A stretch of DNA of 38,438 nucleotides, from contig JAFGDB010000030.1 of NCBI GenBank assembly GCA_016932355.1, forward strand, positions 1-38,438. Reading direction: 5' to 3'. The notes under the pieces were generated by a model. It did not search any database, was not told the origin of the DNA, and was given only the letters and a program-made list of their open reading frames with translations. Shown piece by piece: positions 8,801 through 17,852 of the stretch; the stretch's first letter is position 1; each line of letters starts with the position of its first letter. Source of the stretch: Candidatus Iainarchaeum sp. (lineage in GTDB: Archaea > Iainarchaeota > Iainarchaeia > Iainarchaeales > GCA-2688035). The position numbers were made by a program, and so were the translations under genes.

Positions 8801-10293
8801 TCACCCTTGTTGTCGCCGAATGCAGGGAATTTTTCAACATAGGCATAATAGCTTCCTGCCTTTACCCCTGTAAAGCTTGCATTCCCGTTCCTGTCTGTTG
8901 TTGCAGGGGAATAGGGTGCGAGCATTCCTGTTTCCAGGAAGCGGAGCTTTACCTTTGCGTTGTGCACTGGCTTTGCCTCCTCATCCAGGACCTTTACCTG
9001 CACTCTTCCGCTGTTCTGCGGAGTTATCTTTTCAAGCTCAAGCCTTATTTCAGCATCTGCCGTGTCCTCCAGCTCTGCTATTTCGTAAAGGTATTCAGGG
9101 TGCATTGCAATCAATGTGTAGTTTCCCCTGTCCATAAGGTAGAATGAAACATCCTGTGCATCAGCGCCTGTGCTTTTTTCGCTTAGCATGTTCCCTTCTG
9201 AATCCAGAAGCCTTACCTGGGCATTTGCTATGCCCTGCCCTGAGCCTTTTTCTGCAACGCTTACATTGATGGTTGCCTTTACGCTCTTGCTTAAAACAAC
9301 ATCAATTGCGCTTGTTTCATCTGCAAGAATGCTTACCTCTGCAATGTTTGCAAGCGCATAGCCGCCGTCAAGGTCCTCAACTGTTATGCTGTAGTTTCCA
9401 ATTGTTATGCCTGTAAAAATTGCCTCGCCATAGCTCAGCGTGTATTTTTCGTTTACAAGGCTGCCGCTGCTTTCCATAAGCTTTACGCTGAAATTTGTTT
9501 CAGTCAAAAGCTTTCCTGTGCTGTCCTTCACCTTTACCCTCAATGAGCCTTTTCCGATTGCCTGGCCTTCAAGCATTATTATCTGCATGCTGTCTGTTAT
9601 GGCATAGCTTTTGTACTTGTACTTTTCAGGGGCAACAATGGTTGCGTTCATTGCTCCGCAGTCCCTTGACTGCATCACTGTTATAATGCCGTCCATGTCC
9701 TCATCTTCAACCTGCCTTTCAGGCAATTGCGCAAGGTTGTTCTGGCAGTCAAGCCTTACTGTAATAAGCTCGCCTGTTACCCTTTCCCCTGAGCTGTTCT
9801 GGAAAATAAGCTGCCTTTCAATGTATCCTGAAAGCTTTTCAATCAGGACAAGCTTCCTTGTTGCGCTTGCTTCGCTCCCAACAGAAATTGTAGCCTGCTT
9901 TTGCTCATACTCAATGCCATTTACCGTGGTTTCCGCTACCCTTATGTCCACGCTTGAGTCAAATGGCGTGTTGAATGTTATTTTCCCAGTTGAATCGGTT
10001 TGCCTGCTGTTTATTATGCCCCCAATTGTGTAATCAACTGCCACACCCTGAAGGGCATTGCCTGATTCATTCTCAACAAAAAGCGTTACTGTTGCGTGTT
10101 GCCCTATTGGAAGCAATGGCATTACAGCAAAGAATGCAGCCAGCGCCACAACAACTGCTATAAAAACCAGAAAGCTTGGAACAACCTTGTCAATTTCGTC
10201 CACAAGCTTGTATACTGGCGCATGGGTATCAATCTTGTCAAGCAGGCCATACCATTTGTCTTCCAGTGCTGTGTATATGTCTTTCAAGCCCAT
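2806..10293 (-). CDS. Giant membrane-anchored surface protein G1 (2495 aa): N-terminal TM, carboxypeptidase-regulatory/Ig-like repeats, Ala/Gly helical insert, conserved Cys-containing C-terminal core
   Basis: Uninterrupted 7.5-kb ORF. TM at about aa 41-60. Repeated v.V.D..G.pv..A.V.l....tD.nG.a.F....G.Y motifs. Shares YRAW..R.P.D..LG, CDATQFSI, AYLMKDGY and LPFxGxIG motifs with its paralogs. Confidence 0.92.
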   Translation of the reverse strand: MGLKDIYTALEDKWYGLLDKIDTHAPVYKLVDEIDKVVPSFLVFIAVVVALAAFFAVMPLLPIGQHATVTLFVENESGNALQGVAVDYTIGGIINSRQTDSTGKITFNTPFDSSVDIRVAETTVNGIEYEQKQATISVGSEASATRKLVLIEKLSGYIERQLIFQNSSGERVTGELITVRLDCQNNLAQLPERQVEDEDMDGIITVMQSRDCGAMNATIVAPEKYKYKSYAITDSMQIIMLEGQAIGKGSLRVKVKDSTGKLLTETNFSVKLMESSGSLVNEKYTLSYGEAIFTGITIGNYSITVEDLDGGYALANIAEVSILADETSAIDVVLSKSVKATINVSVAEKGSGQGIANAQVRLLDSEGNMLSEKSTGADAQDVSFYLMDRGNYTLIAMHPEYLYEIAELEDTADAEIRLELEKITPQNSGRVQVKVLDEEAKPVHNAKVKLRFLETGMLAPYSPATTDRNGNASFTGVKAGSYYAYVEKFPAFGDNKGEGKEIDIREATYFTVNLFIGKSLVRVTALDEDKRPVNEAEAEFFGEGGESLGKIPLPQGTGQYELKADKRVYAVVRHENYMAVHTMPKQLWPSQPIEFRAVMEPRLIMGEPQIQFEGLYDLAGKQVQVLRAGSRYLVKFKLSVPEAGNFGQGGFHYRVGDERLLVNDALVIKDVIAGNVRAVQKGTSFTAPLGYETDSENLTAGDAKWASVEWAGLETGNYYFGFEIRVKSQIAPYTRLPMHYRAWAVDEAGDYIRAPYDSQLGIAESTAEKQELYAKTFDLQFLEGAESECQEDFCYSGESIIDGDMGLYIYEPYEMRAGSSHTLTFDILNNSERQYDSSELYITVVGSTITSYKITNASAQEITAESVSTKEIEAIDLGSFTKGKSISSEIEFTPSKQGNASIEIKVIADARTVFTKTITAWVKSEREMQISVQPEVIAAYIANELQVTVDEQVGSQRLGVRDALVRATITHPDRPTEFYTKMTCCPGRATFDLGELEPNTEILIEAEKPEYYAAPVTVFVDTNVLRFSPNKINSVLDTRGTKEQTFSVEVENVTGIGLEIKNISLAGTFKGLLDQATMENYSRQHIGIGIRPGNAIAREMFKTKLSANAREILFTNQTVNGHYLVTATNQERSILWDMIVPLQVKAVIGELPDNSPCLIITKQNWEGSTVENTATTEFEVQNNCVSGSSFVELDSLQAKLEWQSDALGTVELTLIEAETGSSNSEVLRPGMWTRLFKTAQADSTYYAMLTLTPKQGHLGETAKFTVEIDGEIATGSGMAFVGASPSKISADIKIINLQQCIKYIGAENIVELSAGQEDATFTVDASDCGKTDVMVELCRQNPNCSGGAEGGITVTPLSFTLNKDSPEREVLVRRQSIPGMYGINVEAKVPGTSFREVQTLDILMHPETGNDFSLDKYEINIKGIGASDEAKLTNSALSETVSVDASACDWGTAEEEGMFDLAGAGVGAAIAALLGAKTAIEHASQTTQAINAARAADMTGAVDSVQRANGLVQGASTAGDAAQLAADQTRNVAIKAASVDTKAALTASNAIGGCGAGVQAAVAAANTEMGNIEATANGTFWTKIGRAIASIGRGVGRIASGLGHAITGRNTASPNETTAVSTGPYNSTKDIDNAIGEVDTSASDLGESYTGWGESLAENQGMAAGLATVQSSLESSELELGAAHGCCSAEGESCAPQVDSASAAITKAQTSVATAIQAAEASGVKITDAQGAAGTAVNGLADARTSLGTAKTSMGSLGSTMAATGQAAGFSKGKFFGILGTYAALGAIAGGLLGGIFGEDPCDQRVTATLMDYAINLKEDSQPLTVDKQGISAAWETEDAQVFGTYDKQEAGIKFTNTAIEPGKPVYATVRIPSTRHYHSNPTTISRGNSGFGPFKVPDLRAETYSQKIHLKFNTKEIVLEIPPVPDEESCLMGTLVGRTGHDALPKVKLNWSWAENGGIGINECDYMNDEAVYCDATQFSIMVNKRLHALDEFLRENMPLPCPQNPAIENLEELGAEFNETLDELGLQGFAPIDIASCWLPRSTVLYDNKPALLYYVEANLESIAWTEEIPDLDSLQEILHFKAYLMKDGYTNDFQSDFAEFYTTSAFYDPPEWFISGSERLANLFEDTDSLRFRTRYSGQNTLSSAGLYDATLAINFHNEDWRFFYADLPDSETVVDLYLAENPYPDSIFYSLPFNGNIGKESFNGRIGYGLNFENRKEDILISFYPGESINTGRISGSTTAASLETDIVTDLKKINTSASSRGFLMDFTETGSSGKKLVFSPNYATPLVLKMPASQTDEPFSAFYQLQETLAPVEAGTTLGFWTGAGQCLDFTGIPAFEAFDFKPDREATGTDRLQNWEFAYAVDWPKADYKGTAYLKTVFFTPTAGIYSMKSLEPAGMMFITPNSNIAKTVELSGITGMLHNSRDSVNKAESLQDVFDLVETGHVCVTNSGTRTAFWWNPQKLYETAGPYTSIEQLEQGLTAGQSCIGYGS

Positions 10294-10342
10294 GCCCTAA
10301 AACCAATCCAATTGACTGAACTAATTTTCCCTTTTTTGAGGG

Positions 10343-10378
10343 TTAAAATACCCAATTACTGATTAAAACGCCCAATTA
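10343..10378. promoter_or_regulatory. Tandem 16-bp direct repeat (14/16 identical, 20-bp period) upstream of G1; candidate regulator site
   Basis: TTAAAATACCCAATTA at 10343-10358 and TTAAAACGCCCAATTA at 10363-10378, overlapping the palindrome CAATTAATTG (10373-10382). Confidence 0.4.
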
Positions 10379-10389
10379 ATTGCGCAGCA

Positions 10390-13300
10390 CTAGCTTGCCT
10401 TTATGCATTCCTTCTCTGCAAGGCTTCTCTGCTGGCTGAGCTCCTCAAGCACTGCTTTTGGGTTCCAGAAAAACTGGTTGCTTATCCTGCTGTCCGCGCC
10501 AATAATGCAGACCTTGTTTTCCCTAACCAGTTCAAACACGTCCTCTATTGAGTCAATTGTGCTTGTCCCAAAGCTGTTGTACTCCATTCCTGGAACGCCG
10601 TTGAGTGCAACCTGGCTTCCGCTGCTGTCTGCAGTAATCAGGCTCATGTCATCGCTGTAGGTTGTTTTCTTCATTGTGCTGCTTTTTCCCTGCGGCGTGA
10701 ACACAACTGTCTGGAGGAACACGCTTCCCTGCCTTATCGGGTTGCACCATTCTATTCCATAATCTGTTATGTCTGTTGCCACAGCGCATGACAGGTTGCC
10801 TGTTATGCCGCCGTGCATGTCCCAGGTGTCCTGCCAGGCCTCTGTAACAGGGCTGCCTGTGAAGTCAACGCAGTTTGGCCCAATGCCTGACCATGCCAGC
10901 ATCCTGTTGAATGCTGTCTGGGGCGTATTGTCAACCTCTATTGAATAAAACGCATATGCATGCTCTGTTTTCTCATAGTCAACCTGCATCATTACAGGCG
11001 TTGCATAGCTTGGGCTTAGCATAATGTTTGTTGCTGCTCCTTGCTTTTGCACGTCAAGCAGTATCCCTTTTCTCTCGAGGTTAAGCCTCCTGAAGCTGTC
11101 GCTGCTCCCTGCATCAATCCAGCCATCGAGCACGGGCGTGCTGTTTGCTATATTTGTTGTTGCTATGGGCTGGAAAATGCTGTTGTTTATTTTTATTGTT
11201 TGTTCGCTTGTCTGCCTGAAGTTAATTCCGTATCCCTGCCTTCCGTTTTCGCTGTCTATGCCGACAAGGCCGTCAAACGGCAGGTAGTAAAATGGGCTGT
11301 CGGGCTCTGGTGCGGCCAGCTCAACCAGCTCAACGCTGACTGTTGCATCAGGCTCAGTGCCTGAAAACAGCTGCCAGTCCTGGTTGTCAAACTCAATATT
11401 CAATGTTACTGAGTACTTTCCTGCATCCAGTGGGGCGTGCGGTGCCATGCTGTAGTCAAACTTAAAGCTTTCCCTGTCAGAAAACAGCTTGTGCAGCCCT
11501 GTACTCTCCTCCAGGTAATAGTCCGGGCAGTCAAAGAAGCTTCTCTGCTTGCAGAACATGTCAAAGTCTTCCCTGAAGTCATTGGTGTAAGCGTCTTTTA
11601 TGAGGTATGCGTTGAACTTGATTGTGTCAAGTATTTGTTCCCTTTCTGAATTGCTCCATGCTGCGTTTCCTGCTGCCTCTGTTGCCTCAATGAAGAGCGG
11701 CAGCCTCTTTGTGTTGAACGGCTCGCATTCTACAACGCCGCCTGTTCCAACGTAAAGCTGGACTTCAATTGAGTCATTGCCTGTGTCAGAGTTCTCGCAG
11801 TTGCTGCAAAGCTCTGAGGTAATGCTTGCCTGTACAGTGTAGAGGCCGTCTCCCAACTGTGTGAATTCGCAGTTTGCAACCTTTCTGCTAAGCACGCTCA
11901 TTTCCTTTGTGCAGCTTTTTGCAAGGCTTCCTGTGCCTGCATTCCTCAGGTTTACACTGATTGAAACTGGTATTGGCTCGCTGTTGTTGCTTTCAATTGT
12001 CATCACAATGTTTGCATCGCTCTGCCCTGCCTTGTTTGCCTGGATCTTTGTTATTGCAATGTCATAAGCTGTCCCTTTGATGGGCTGCTCCTTGGCTGCT
12101 GCTTCGCTTGCCGGGCTTGGGCAGTCAAAGGGCTTGTATTTGTCAATGAATTCCTGCAGCCTGTGCAGCTTCTTCAGGGCAACAATGCTGAACTGCGTGG
12201 CATCGCAGTAAATGTAATCAGGGTTGCCCTCAACGCAGCTGTCCTCGCTTATTGAACCCCAGTCCCAGCTGAATGAAACTTTTGGAACTGCGCTCGGCCC
12301 TGTTGTTCCCACAATATTCCCAAGCGTGCAGTTTGGTATTGGCTTGCTTATCCTTTCAATGAGCAGCGGGTCAAACGCGTTGAACTGCAGCCTGAAGCTT
12401 TCCTTATGGTCCTTTCTTTCCTTTACCTCAAGGTCCGGCGTTTCCTTCTCATCAAGGTCATACTCTGTCTTGTATTCCCTTCTCTCATTGTCAACCTTGA
12501 GTATCCTGAACAGCGGTGTTGCTGGGTCTGGCTGCACAACGCTTTCCTTGTTCAAAAACCAGAGCTTTCTGGTTTCAATGCTCAGCTGCCTGTCCTCCTG
12601 CTTTGGTTCTGTGCTTACCTCTGGCTTTGCAGGCTCAAACACCACAATGTCCTCTGACTTGGTTTCAACAAGGGCATTGTCCTCAATTGATGCCCCTGGC
12701 ATGTACAGTTCGGCATCCCTGTAAACAACATCTCTCTCTATTTTTGTAAAGCTGAAGCTGCCTTCGTCCTGCTGGTTGTATGCAATAATGGTTCCTGCAA
12801 GGAATCCCTGCAGGCCCCAGCCAAGGAAGCTCGGCTTTCCCAGGATTGACTGGCCAAGGCCGCTTATCAGGCCGTTTCCAAGCATTCCTGTCAGGCCACT
12901 GCCGCCCCCCCCTAAAAGCGCAAGCCCTGCTGCGCTTCCCAGAACAATTTCTTCCTGTTCTGTCCTTGCTGTTGGGTAGCTGCTTCCTGATACAATTGTT
13001 GCCTTTTCTGTTGCGCCAAACCCCAGAATGCCGCCTGTTTTCTCAACCCTGTAGGCATTGCCTTGGGCATCGTAAACCAAATTTTCAGAATCAATTGGCT
13101 TGAAGTATGTTCTTCCGCCGATCTCTACAGGCACGCCTTTCCTGCCTCCTGCATCTGCAACTGTCCTGCCCTGCTGGAACTGCTCAAATGTAACAGCGTT
13201 TCCTGCAGCGGCAATATTGCCTGCTGCCTGCGGTGCTGGCTGCTGCATTCCGCTTCCAAGCTGGCCCATTGCCCCTGTTGCCAGCCCATAGAGCAGGCCT

Positions 13301-16300
13301 GTTTTCATTGCATCAAGCCAGTTGTGCTCGTCATATTTGACTGTTGCTGTTACAGCCTTGTCATAGCAGTTGTTTGTAAGCTCTGCAGTGTCATAGCCGT
13401 CATATGGGTTTTCCGGGTTGTCAAAGACATCAAACTCGTACCTTGAAAGGTCAAGGCATTTATCGCTTAGTATTCTTGCCCTTACTGTTTTAACCAGCCT
13501 GTACTGCACCTGGTCAGAGTTCTTTGCATAAACCCTTATGAGATATTGCCCTGGCATGTTCTTTTCTGAAAAGACCTCAACCCCTTTGCTGTCGGTTGCG
13601 TTCAATGTAAGCGTGCTGCTGCTCAGCGTCAGCTCTGACTCAAGCTTTACCTCGTTTCTGCTTCCGCAGTTTACTGTTTCCACATCAAAGCTGTCGCTGT
13701 TCTCAGGCTTTATTATGAGTATTTCCTTGCTGACTGCCATGCATTCTGCAAGGTTTGCCACCGTTATTTCTGCAGTGAGCTCGTCAGTCAGCTCCTGCCT
13801 TATGGTGTCAGTCGGGTTTTCCGCTTCAAATACAATTGTTGCAATTCCCTTGCCATTCACCCCGCCGTTTGGCGTGAACTGGAGCACTATGCTCATGCTT
13901 TGCTCTGGCTCAAGTGTGCCGGCAAACTTCTTTGAATAGCCGCTTGTCAGCGTTATTGCGCTGTCAGCTGTCCTCAATGCAAATTCTCCCACCTGGTTTG
14001 TCTGCCAGCTTGCCTTTGCAGCTATGTTCTCCAGCTTTACCGGAATGCCGTTCATGCTGCAGTTGTTCTGAACCTCAAATTCAATCTCTATTGGGTTGCC
14101 CTCGCTTGTCCCCTTCCAGTCCTTTCTTGTAACTGTAAAGCAGCTTGGGTCATCTACCTCCCCGCCAAGGCCAATGCTTATTTTTACAGGCACTGTCTGC
14201 AGCCACTCGCTTCCGTTGTTTGAAACAGTTATGTCAAGCTGGCCTTCCAAGTTTCTGCTCTGCTCAAGCTTCTTTCCCTTTTCCGTTAAGAATGTTTTCA
14301 GGCGCATTTCTTTGAGCTCATCCGCACTTATGGTTTCCTCTACATAGCCATAGAGCCAGTTGTTTGCCTTTTCCTCGTCAATAAGCCCGTAGAACCTGCC
14401 GTTGAGCTTCATGCCCCTTACTTTAAGGCTGAAGGCTGTCTTGTTTTCAATGCTGAAGCTGTTCTCTGCCTCAAAGGCGGTTTTTGCATTCAGCGAAACC
14501 CCGATTGTCGCCGGCTTTGCCACTATCACCTTTTCATCAACCTGCAGCATTCTTTCAAAGGTTTCATAGCTTGGCTTTCCGACTATGAGCTGGACTGTTT
14601 CAGCAGGCTGCATTGACGGCAGGCTTAAGACTGCTATTCCCATCCTGTTTGTTGATTTTGAGGCAATCACTGTGCCAAACCTGTCCTTTATTTTTACCGT
14701 TGCGTTTTCAAGTTCAGCATTTGTCCTCATGTCCCTTGCTGTTACCGTTAACTCGTTTTCAGTGCCGCTTGGCAAGAGCTCTGGTGCAACCACAACGTTC
14801 AGCTGCTTTTCAGCTGCTGCGTTTATTGCAATGCTTTTCTCAAATTGAACCCTCTGCATGCTCCTTATCTGTATGGTTAAAACTGAGCCGCCTGAGTTCT
14901 GCGGCGTTAATACAATTGTCCCGCTTGCGGTGTTGTTTGGCAGCATGTCGCCGATTGAAATCCATGCTGTTTCATTGCCTGCTGCATTTCCCTCAACAAG
15001 CTGGCTTTGCGCCCCATAAACCTTGTAGTTCTGCAGAAGAATGCCCTTATCCTGGTTCAATATCCTTAGCTCGGCGTTGTAGTAACTGTGTGTTTCATAT
15101 TCGCTGTTGTTCAAAACGGTGAAGCTTAGCTTGTATTCCTTGAATACATCCCCATTGTATGAGTCGTTTGCGCTTTCAATAAGGCCTGCTTCCACATCCA
15201 GCATGCTTGCGCTGAAGCAGAACTTTTCGTCGCAGATTTTTTCCGCTCCCATTTGGAAAATTTCCTGCTTTGCCTTTGCATAAAGGCCCTGCTTTCCAGC
15301 AACAGATTCTGCTTCCCCTAAATCACTGTCATATGGGTCCCTTTTGTATGCCATGTCCTCAATTGCCCATGACCTGTAGAACATCTCAAGCTCACCGGAG
15401 CTGATGCTTGTTTCATTGAAGCTTTCCTTGACCTTTAGTTCAACCTCTGCTTCTACAATGCCTGTGCCAATTCCAATCCATTCAATGTTTGCCCATTTTG
15501 CCTCATCGCTGCTTTCATTCTGGCTGTCTGTTTCATACCCTTCATCCGGGGTGTAGCTTGTTGATTTTAGCACATTTGCAATGCCAGGCACGTTTATGCC
15601 CCTTAAAACAGCCTCATCAAGCTCCATAATGCCCTGGCTTCCTGACCTTACATGCATTCCAATCCTGCTGTATGTTCTGTTTGCCGGAATCCTGAGGTTA
15701 AACAATGCAGTGTAAGTTTCCCCATGGGCAAGCGTAACCGCGCTTTTCCCGTTCTTGTAAATTCCCCTGAACTCAATCAATGGCTTTCCTTCAAGTATTT
15801 CTTTTTCAAGCGTGGCTGTAAAGTTCTGCGTTCCCAATGAAATGACTTCTTTCGGGACTGAGGTGAAGTTTGCATAGCCTGGCTTGCTTGCAACTATGTA
15901 GACCTTTTTGTCTGCCCTTGTTTCAAGCTCTACAACACCGTTTGCATCTTCAACCGGCTTGGCGCCGCCGCCAATTACCTGGTTTGTGCCTGTGTCAATA
16001 AAAGCCACCTGTGCAAACTGCACAGGCATTCCTTCCTTGTCAATTACCCTCACCCTTACATTTCCGTTCTCAACAGTTAGCACAACTGTAATGAGTGTTT
16101 TTTCAGCTGACCTCTGGACAAAGTGCTCTACCTCGCTCCAGCCGCTGCTTGCCCCCTTGAATGCAAATGCCTTGTAGTCATTGCTTGGCGCGCCCTTGAA
16201 TGTGGCTATTCCGTTTGCGTCTGTTACCCTTGTGCCAAAGCCTGCGTTGAATCCGCTTTCTGTGTAAAGCCCTACAGTTGCATTTCTTACAAGCCTTCCG

Positions 16301-17595
16301 TCCTGGTCAAGGACCTTTACCTTTAGGTTGCCGCCGCAGTCGCTTGTAAACGGGCTTAGCTTGATTTGCTTTACTGTGCTGCTTATTGTCACATCGTGCA
16401 CTGTCTTGAGGCAGTATGCCTCGTGGTCCACTACAACGCTGTAGGTTGCATCCTGTGCAACAGGGAATTCAACAAGCCCGTTTTGGTCAGCGCTGCTTGC
16501 CTTTGAGTCAATTTCCTCGCTGCCAAGCCTTAGGAAAACGTCTGCGTCATCTACCGGCGCTGAAGTCCTTTCGTCAAGTATCCTGAGCTTTATGTATCCA
16601 ACCACGTTTCTCTCCAGGTGAAGCTGGATTGTTTTCTGCTCGTTTGGTGAAACGGAGAAGGAGGCTGACTCAACAGCAGCATAGCTTCCATAGCCGCTGC
16701 TTTTTACAATGTACCTGCCGGCCTGCCTTGTGAAAACTGCTTTTCCGTTTTCGCTTACTGTGCTTTCAATTGGCCCAACTGCTGTGCCTGTTGAGCTGTC
16801 TTCCCTGTAAAGGTATACTGTTGCCTGGTCGCTTACAAGCTCATTGTTAAATAAAAGCTCAACTGTTATGGTTGCGCTTCCTGAGATTGCCTCCTGCAGG
16901 TATATTGACTGGCTTCTCTGGCTTATTTCAATTGAGTCAAGGGGCTCAAAGCTGCTTGACCTCACGCTTGCAATAAGGCCGTTGCAGTTTGCAGGCTCTG
17001 TTACTGTTGTTGTTCCGCTTGCAACATTTACCTGCCAGGGTGCGATTGAGCTGTTCCTGCAGCTTAGCGTTATTGTTACTGCTTCCCTCACAGGCTGGCC
17101 AAGGCTGTCCTTCAGTGAAATTGTGTATGCCCTGTCTTCCTCGCTTTCAAGTGTAATGTGGTATGGCACTGTGGGCTGGCTTATGGTTATTGTCTGGCTG
17201 TATGAAACAAAGCCCTGTTTTGAAACCTCTATTTTTGCGCTTGCTTCAAATGGCAGCATAACCTGCCCTGTTTCCCCGCTTTGGTTTGTTTGCTGTGCAA
17301 AAACCTGCTGGCCATTGATTGAAACTGTTACTGTTGCCCCTTCCAGGGCAGCGCCGTCTGTGTCAATAACCTTGAATGAGAATGCTGCCCCCTGCGGCCC
17401 AAGCCCAGGGAAGAAAAACAGGCCGTATATAATGAGTATAACAACTATTGCAGCAAATAGTGCAAAGCTTGGGACAATCCTGTCAACTTTGTCAACAAGG
17501 CCTGCAATTGGTATTTTGCTGTCAATTTTGTCAATTGCAGCATACCATTTGTCCTCAAGCCTGAAGTATGTTTCTTTTAGCTTTTCCAGCGCCAT
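10390..17595 (-). CDS. Giant membrane-anchored surface protein G2 (2401 aa): Ig-like stalk, glycine-zipper insert, CARDB-like domain, conserved C-terminal core
   Basis: Uninterrupted 7.2-kb ORF with the same leader (YFRLEDKWYAAIDKID...VPSF + TM). Closest to G1 in the C-terminal core (YCDATQFSI, SPxYATP, DVFxLVxxxxVC...FxWNP). Confidence 0.92.
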   Translation of the reverse strand: MALEKLKETYFRLEDKWYAAIDKIDSKIPIAGLVDKVDRIVPSFALFAAIVVILIIYGLFFFPGLGPQGAAFSFKVIDTDGAALEGATVTVSINGQQVFAQQTNQSGETGQVMLPFEASAKIEVSKQGFVSYSQTITISQPTVPYHITLESEEDRAYTISLKDSLGQPVREAVTITLSCRNSSIAPWQVNVASGTTTVTEPANCNGLIASVRSSSFEPLDSIEISQRSQSIYLQEAISGSATITVELLFNNELVSDQATVYLYREDSSTGTAVGPIESTVSENGKAVFTRQAGRYIVKSSGYGSYAAVESASFSVSPNEQKTIQLHLERNVVGYIKLRILDERTSAPVDDADVFLRLGSEEIDSKASSADQNGLVEFPVAQDATYSVVVDHEAYCLKTVHDVTISSTVKQIKLSPFTSDCGGNLKVKVLDQDGRLVRNATVGLYTESGFNAGFGTRVTDANGIATFKGAPSNDYKAFAFKGASSGWSEVEHFVQRSAEKTLITVVLTVENGNVRVRVIDKEGMPVQFAQVAFIDTGTNQVIGGGAKPVEDANGVVELETRADKKVYIVASKPGYANFTSVPKEVISLGTQNFTATLEKEILEGKPLIEFRGIYKNGKSAVTLAHGETYTALFNLRIPANRTYSRIGMHVRSGSQGIMELDEAVLRGINVPGIANVLKSTSYTPDEGYETDSQNESSDEAKWANIEWIGIGTGIVEAEVELKVKESFNETSISSGELEMFYRSWAIEDMAYKRDPYDSDLGEAESVAGKQGLYAKAKQEIFQMGAEKICDEKFCFSASMLDVEAGLIESANDSYNGDVFKEYKLSFTVLNNSEYETHSYYNAELRILNQDKGILLQNYKVYGAQSQLVEGNAAGNETAWISIGDMLPNNTASGTIVLTPQNSGGSVLTIQIRSMQRVQFEKSIAINAAAEKQLNVVVAPELLPSGTENELTVTARDMRTNAELENATVKIKDRFGTVIASKSTNRMGIAVLSLPSMQPAETVQLIVGKPSYETFERMLQVDEKVIVAKPATIGVSLNAKTAFEAENSFSIENKTAFSLKVRGMKLNGRFYGLIDEEKANNWLYGYVEETISADELKEMRLKTFLTEKGKKLEQSRNLEGQLDITVSNNGSEWLQTVPVKISIGLGGEVDDPSCFTVTRKDWKGTSEGNPIEIEFEVQNNCSMNGIPVKLENIAAKASWQTNQVGEFALRTADSAITLTSGYSKKFAGTLEPEQSMSIVLQFTPNGGVNGKGIATIVFEAENPTDTIRQELTDELTAEITVANLAECMAVSKEILIIKPENSDSFDVETVNCGSRNEVKLESELTLSSSTLTLNATDSKGVEVFSEKNMPGQYLIRVYAKNSDQVQYRLVKTVRARILSDKCLDLSRYEFDVFDNPENPYDGYDTAELTNNCYDKAVTATVKYDEHNWLDAMKTGLLYGLATGAMGQLGSGMQQPAPQAAGNIAAAGNAVTFEQFQQGRTVADAGGRKGVPVEIGGRTYFKPIDSENLVYDAQGNAYRVEKTGGILGFGATEKATIVSGSSYPTARTEQEEIVLGSAAGLALLGGGGSGLTGMLGNGLISGLGQSILGKPSFLGWGLQGFLAGTIIAYNQQDEGSFSFTKIERDVVYRDAELYMPGASIEDNALVETKSEDIVVFEPAKPEVSTEPKQEDRQLSIETRKLWFLNKESVVQPDPATPLFRILKVDNERREYKTEYDLDEKETPDLEVKERKDHKESFRLQFNAFDPLLIERISKPIPNCTLGNIVGTTGPSAVPKVSFSWDWGSISEDSCVEGNPDYIYCDATQFSIVALKKLHRLQEFIDKYKPFDCPSPASEAAAKEQPIKGTAYDIAITKIQANKAGQSDANIVMTIESNNSEPIPVSISVNLRNAGTGSLAKSCTKEMSVLSRKVANCEFTQLGDGLYTVQASITSELCSNCENSDTGNDSIEVQLYVGTGGVVECEPFNTKRLPLFIEATEAAGNAAWSNSEREQILDTIKFNAYLIKDAYTNDFREDFDMFCKQRSFFDCPDYYLEESTGLHKLFSDRESFKFDYSMAPHAPLDAGKYSVTLNIEFDNQDWQLFSGTEPDATVSVELVELAAPEPDSPFYYLPFDGLVGIDSENGRQGYGINFRQTSEQTIKINNSIFQPIATTNIANSTPVLDGWIDAGSSDSFRRLNLERKGILLDVQKQGAATNIMLSPSYATPVMMQVDYEKTEHAYAFYSIEVDNTPQTAFNRMLAWSGIGPNCVDFTGSPVTEAWQDTWDMHGGITGNLSCAVATDITDYGIEWCNPIRQGSVFLQTVVFTPQGKSSTMKKTTYSDDMSLITADSSGSQVALNGVPGMEYNSFGTSTIDSIEDVFELVRENKVCIIGADSRISNQFFWNPKAVLEELSQQRSLAEKECIKAS

Positions 17596-17852
17596 CCAGG
17601 GGAGCCTCCAATTTTACCTTGTTCTAATTAATTAATTATATTTTACTATTATTAATTCTTTCCCATTGGCTGTCTAAATCCCTTTTTTGCCTGTTTTGCC
17701 CTTTTTGTTTCTTTCCCTTTGTTCAATTAAACGCGGTTTTTTGCCTAATCCAAGAAGGCATTTATTGCTATTATTATTTCCTTTCCATTAATAAATTTGC
17801 GCTTTGCCTGCCTGGTGCCTAAATCGGCAAAAATTGGTGAAGGAACACGGTC

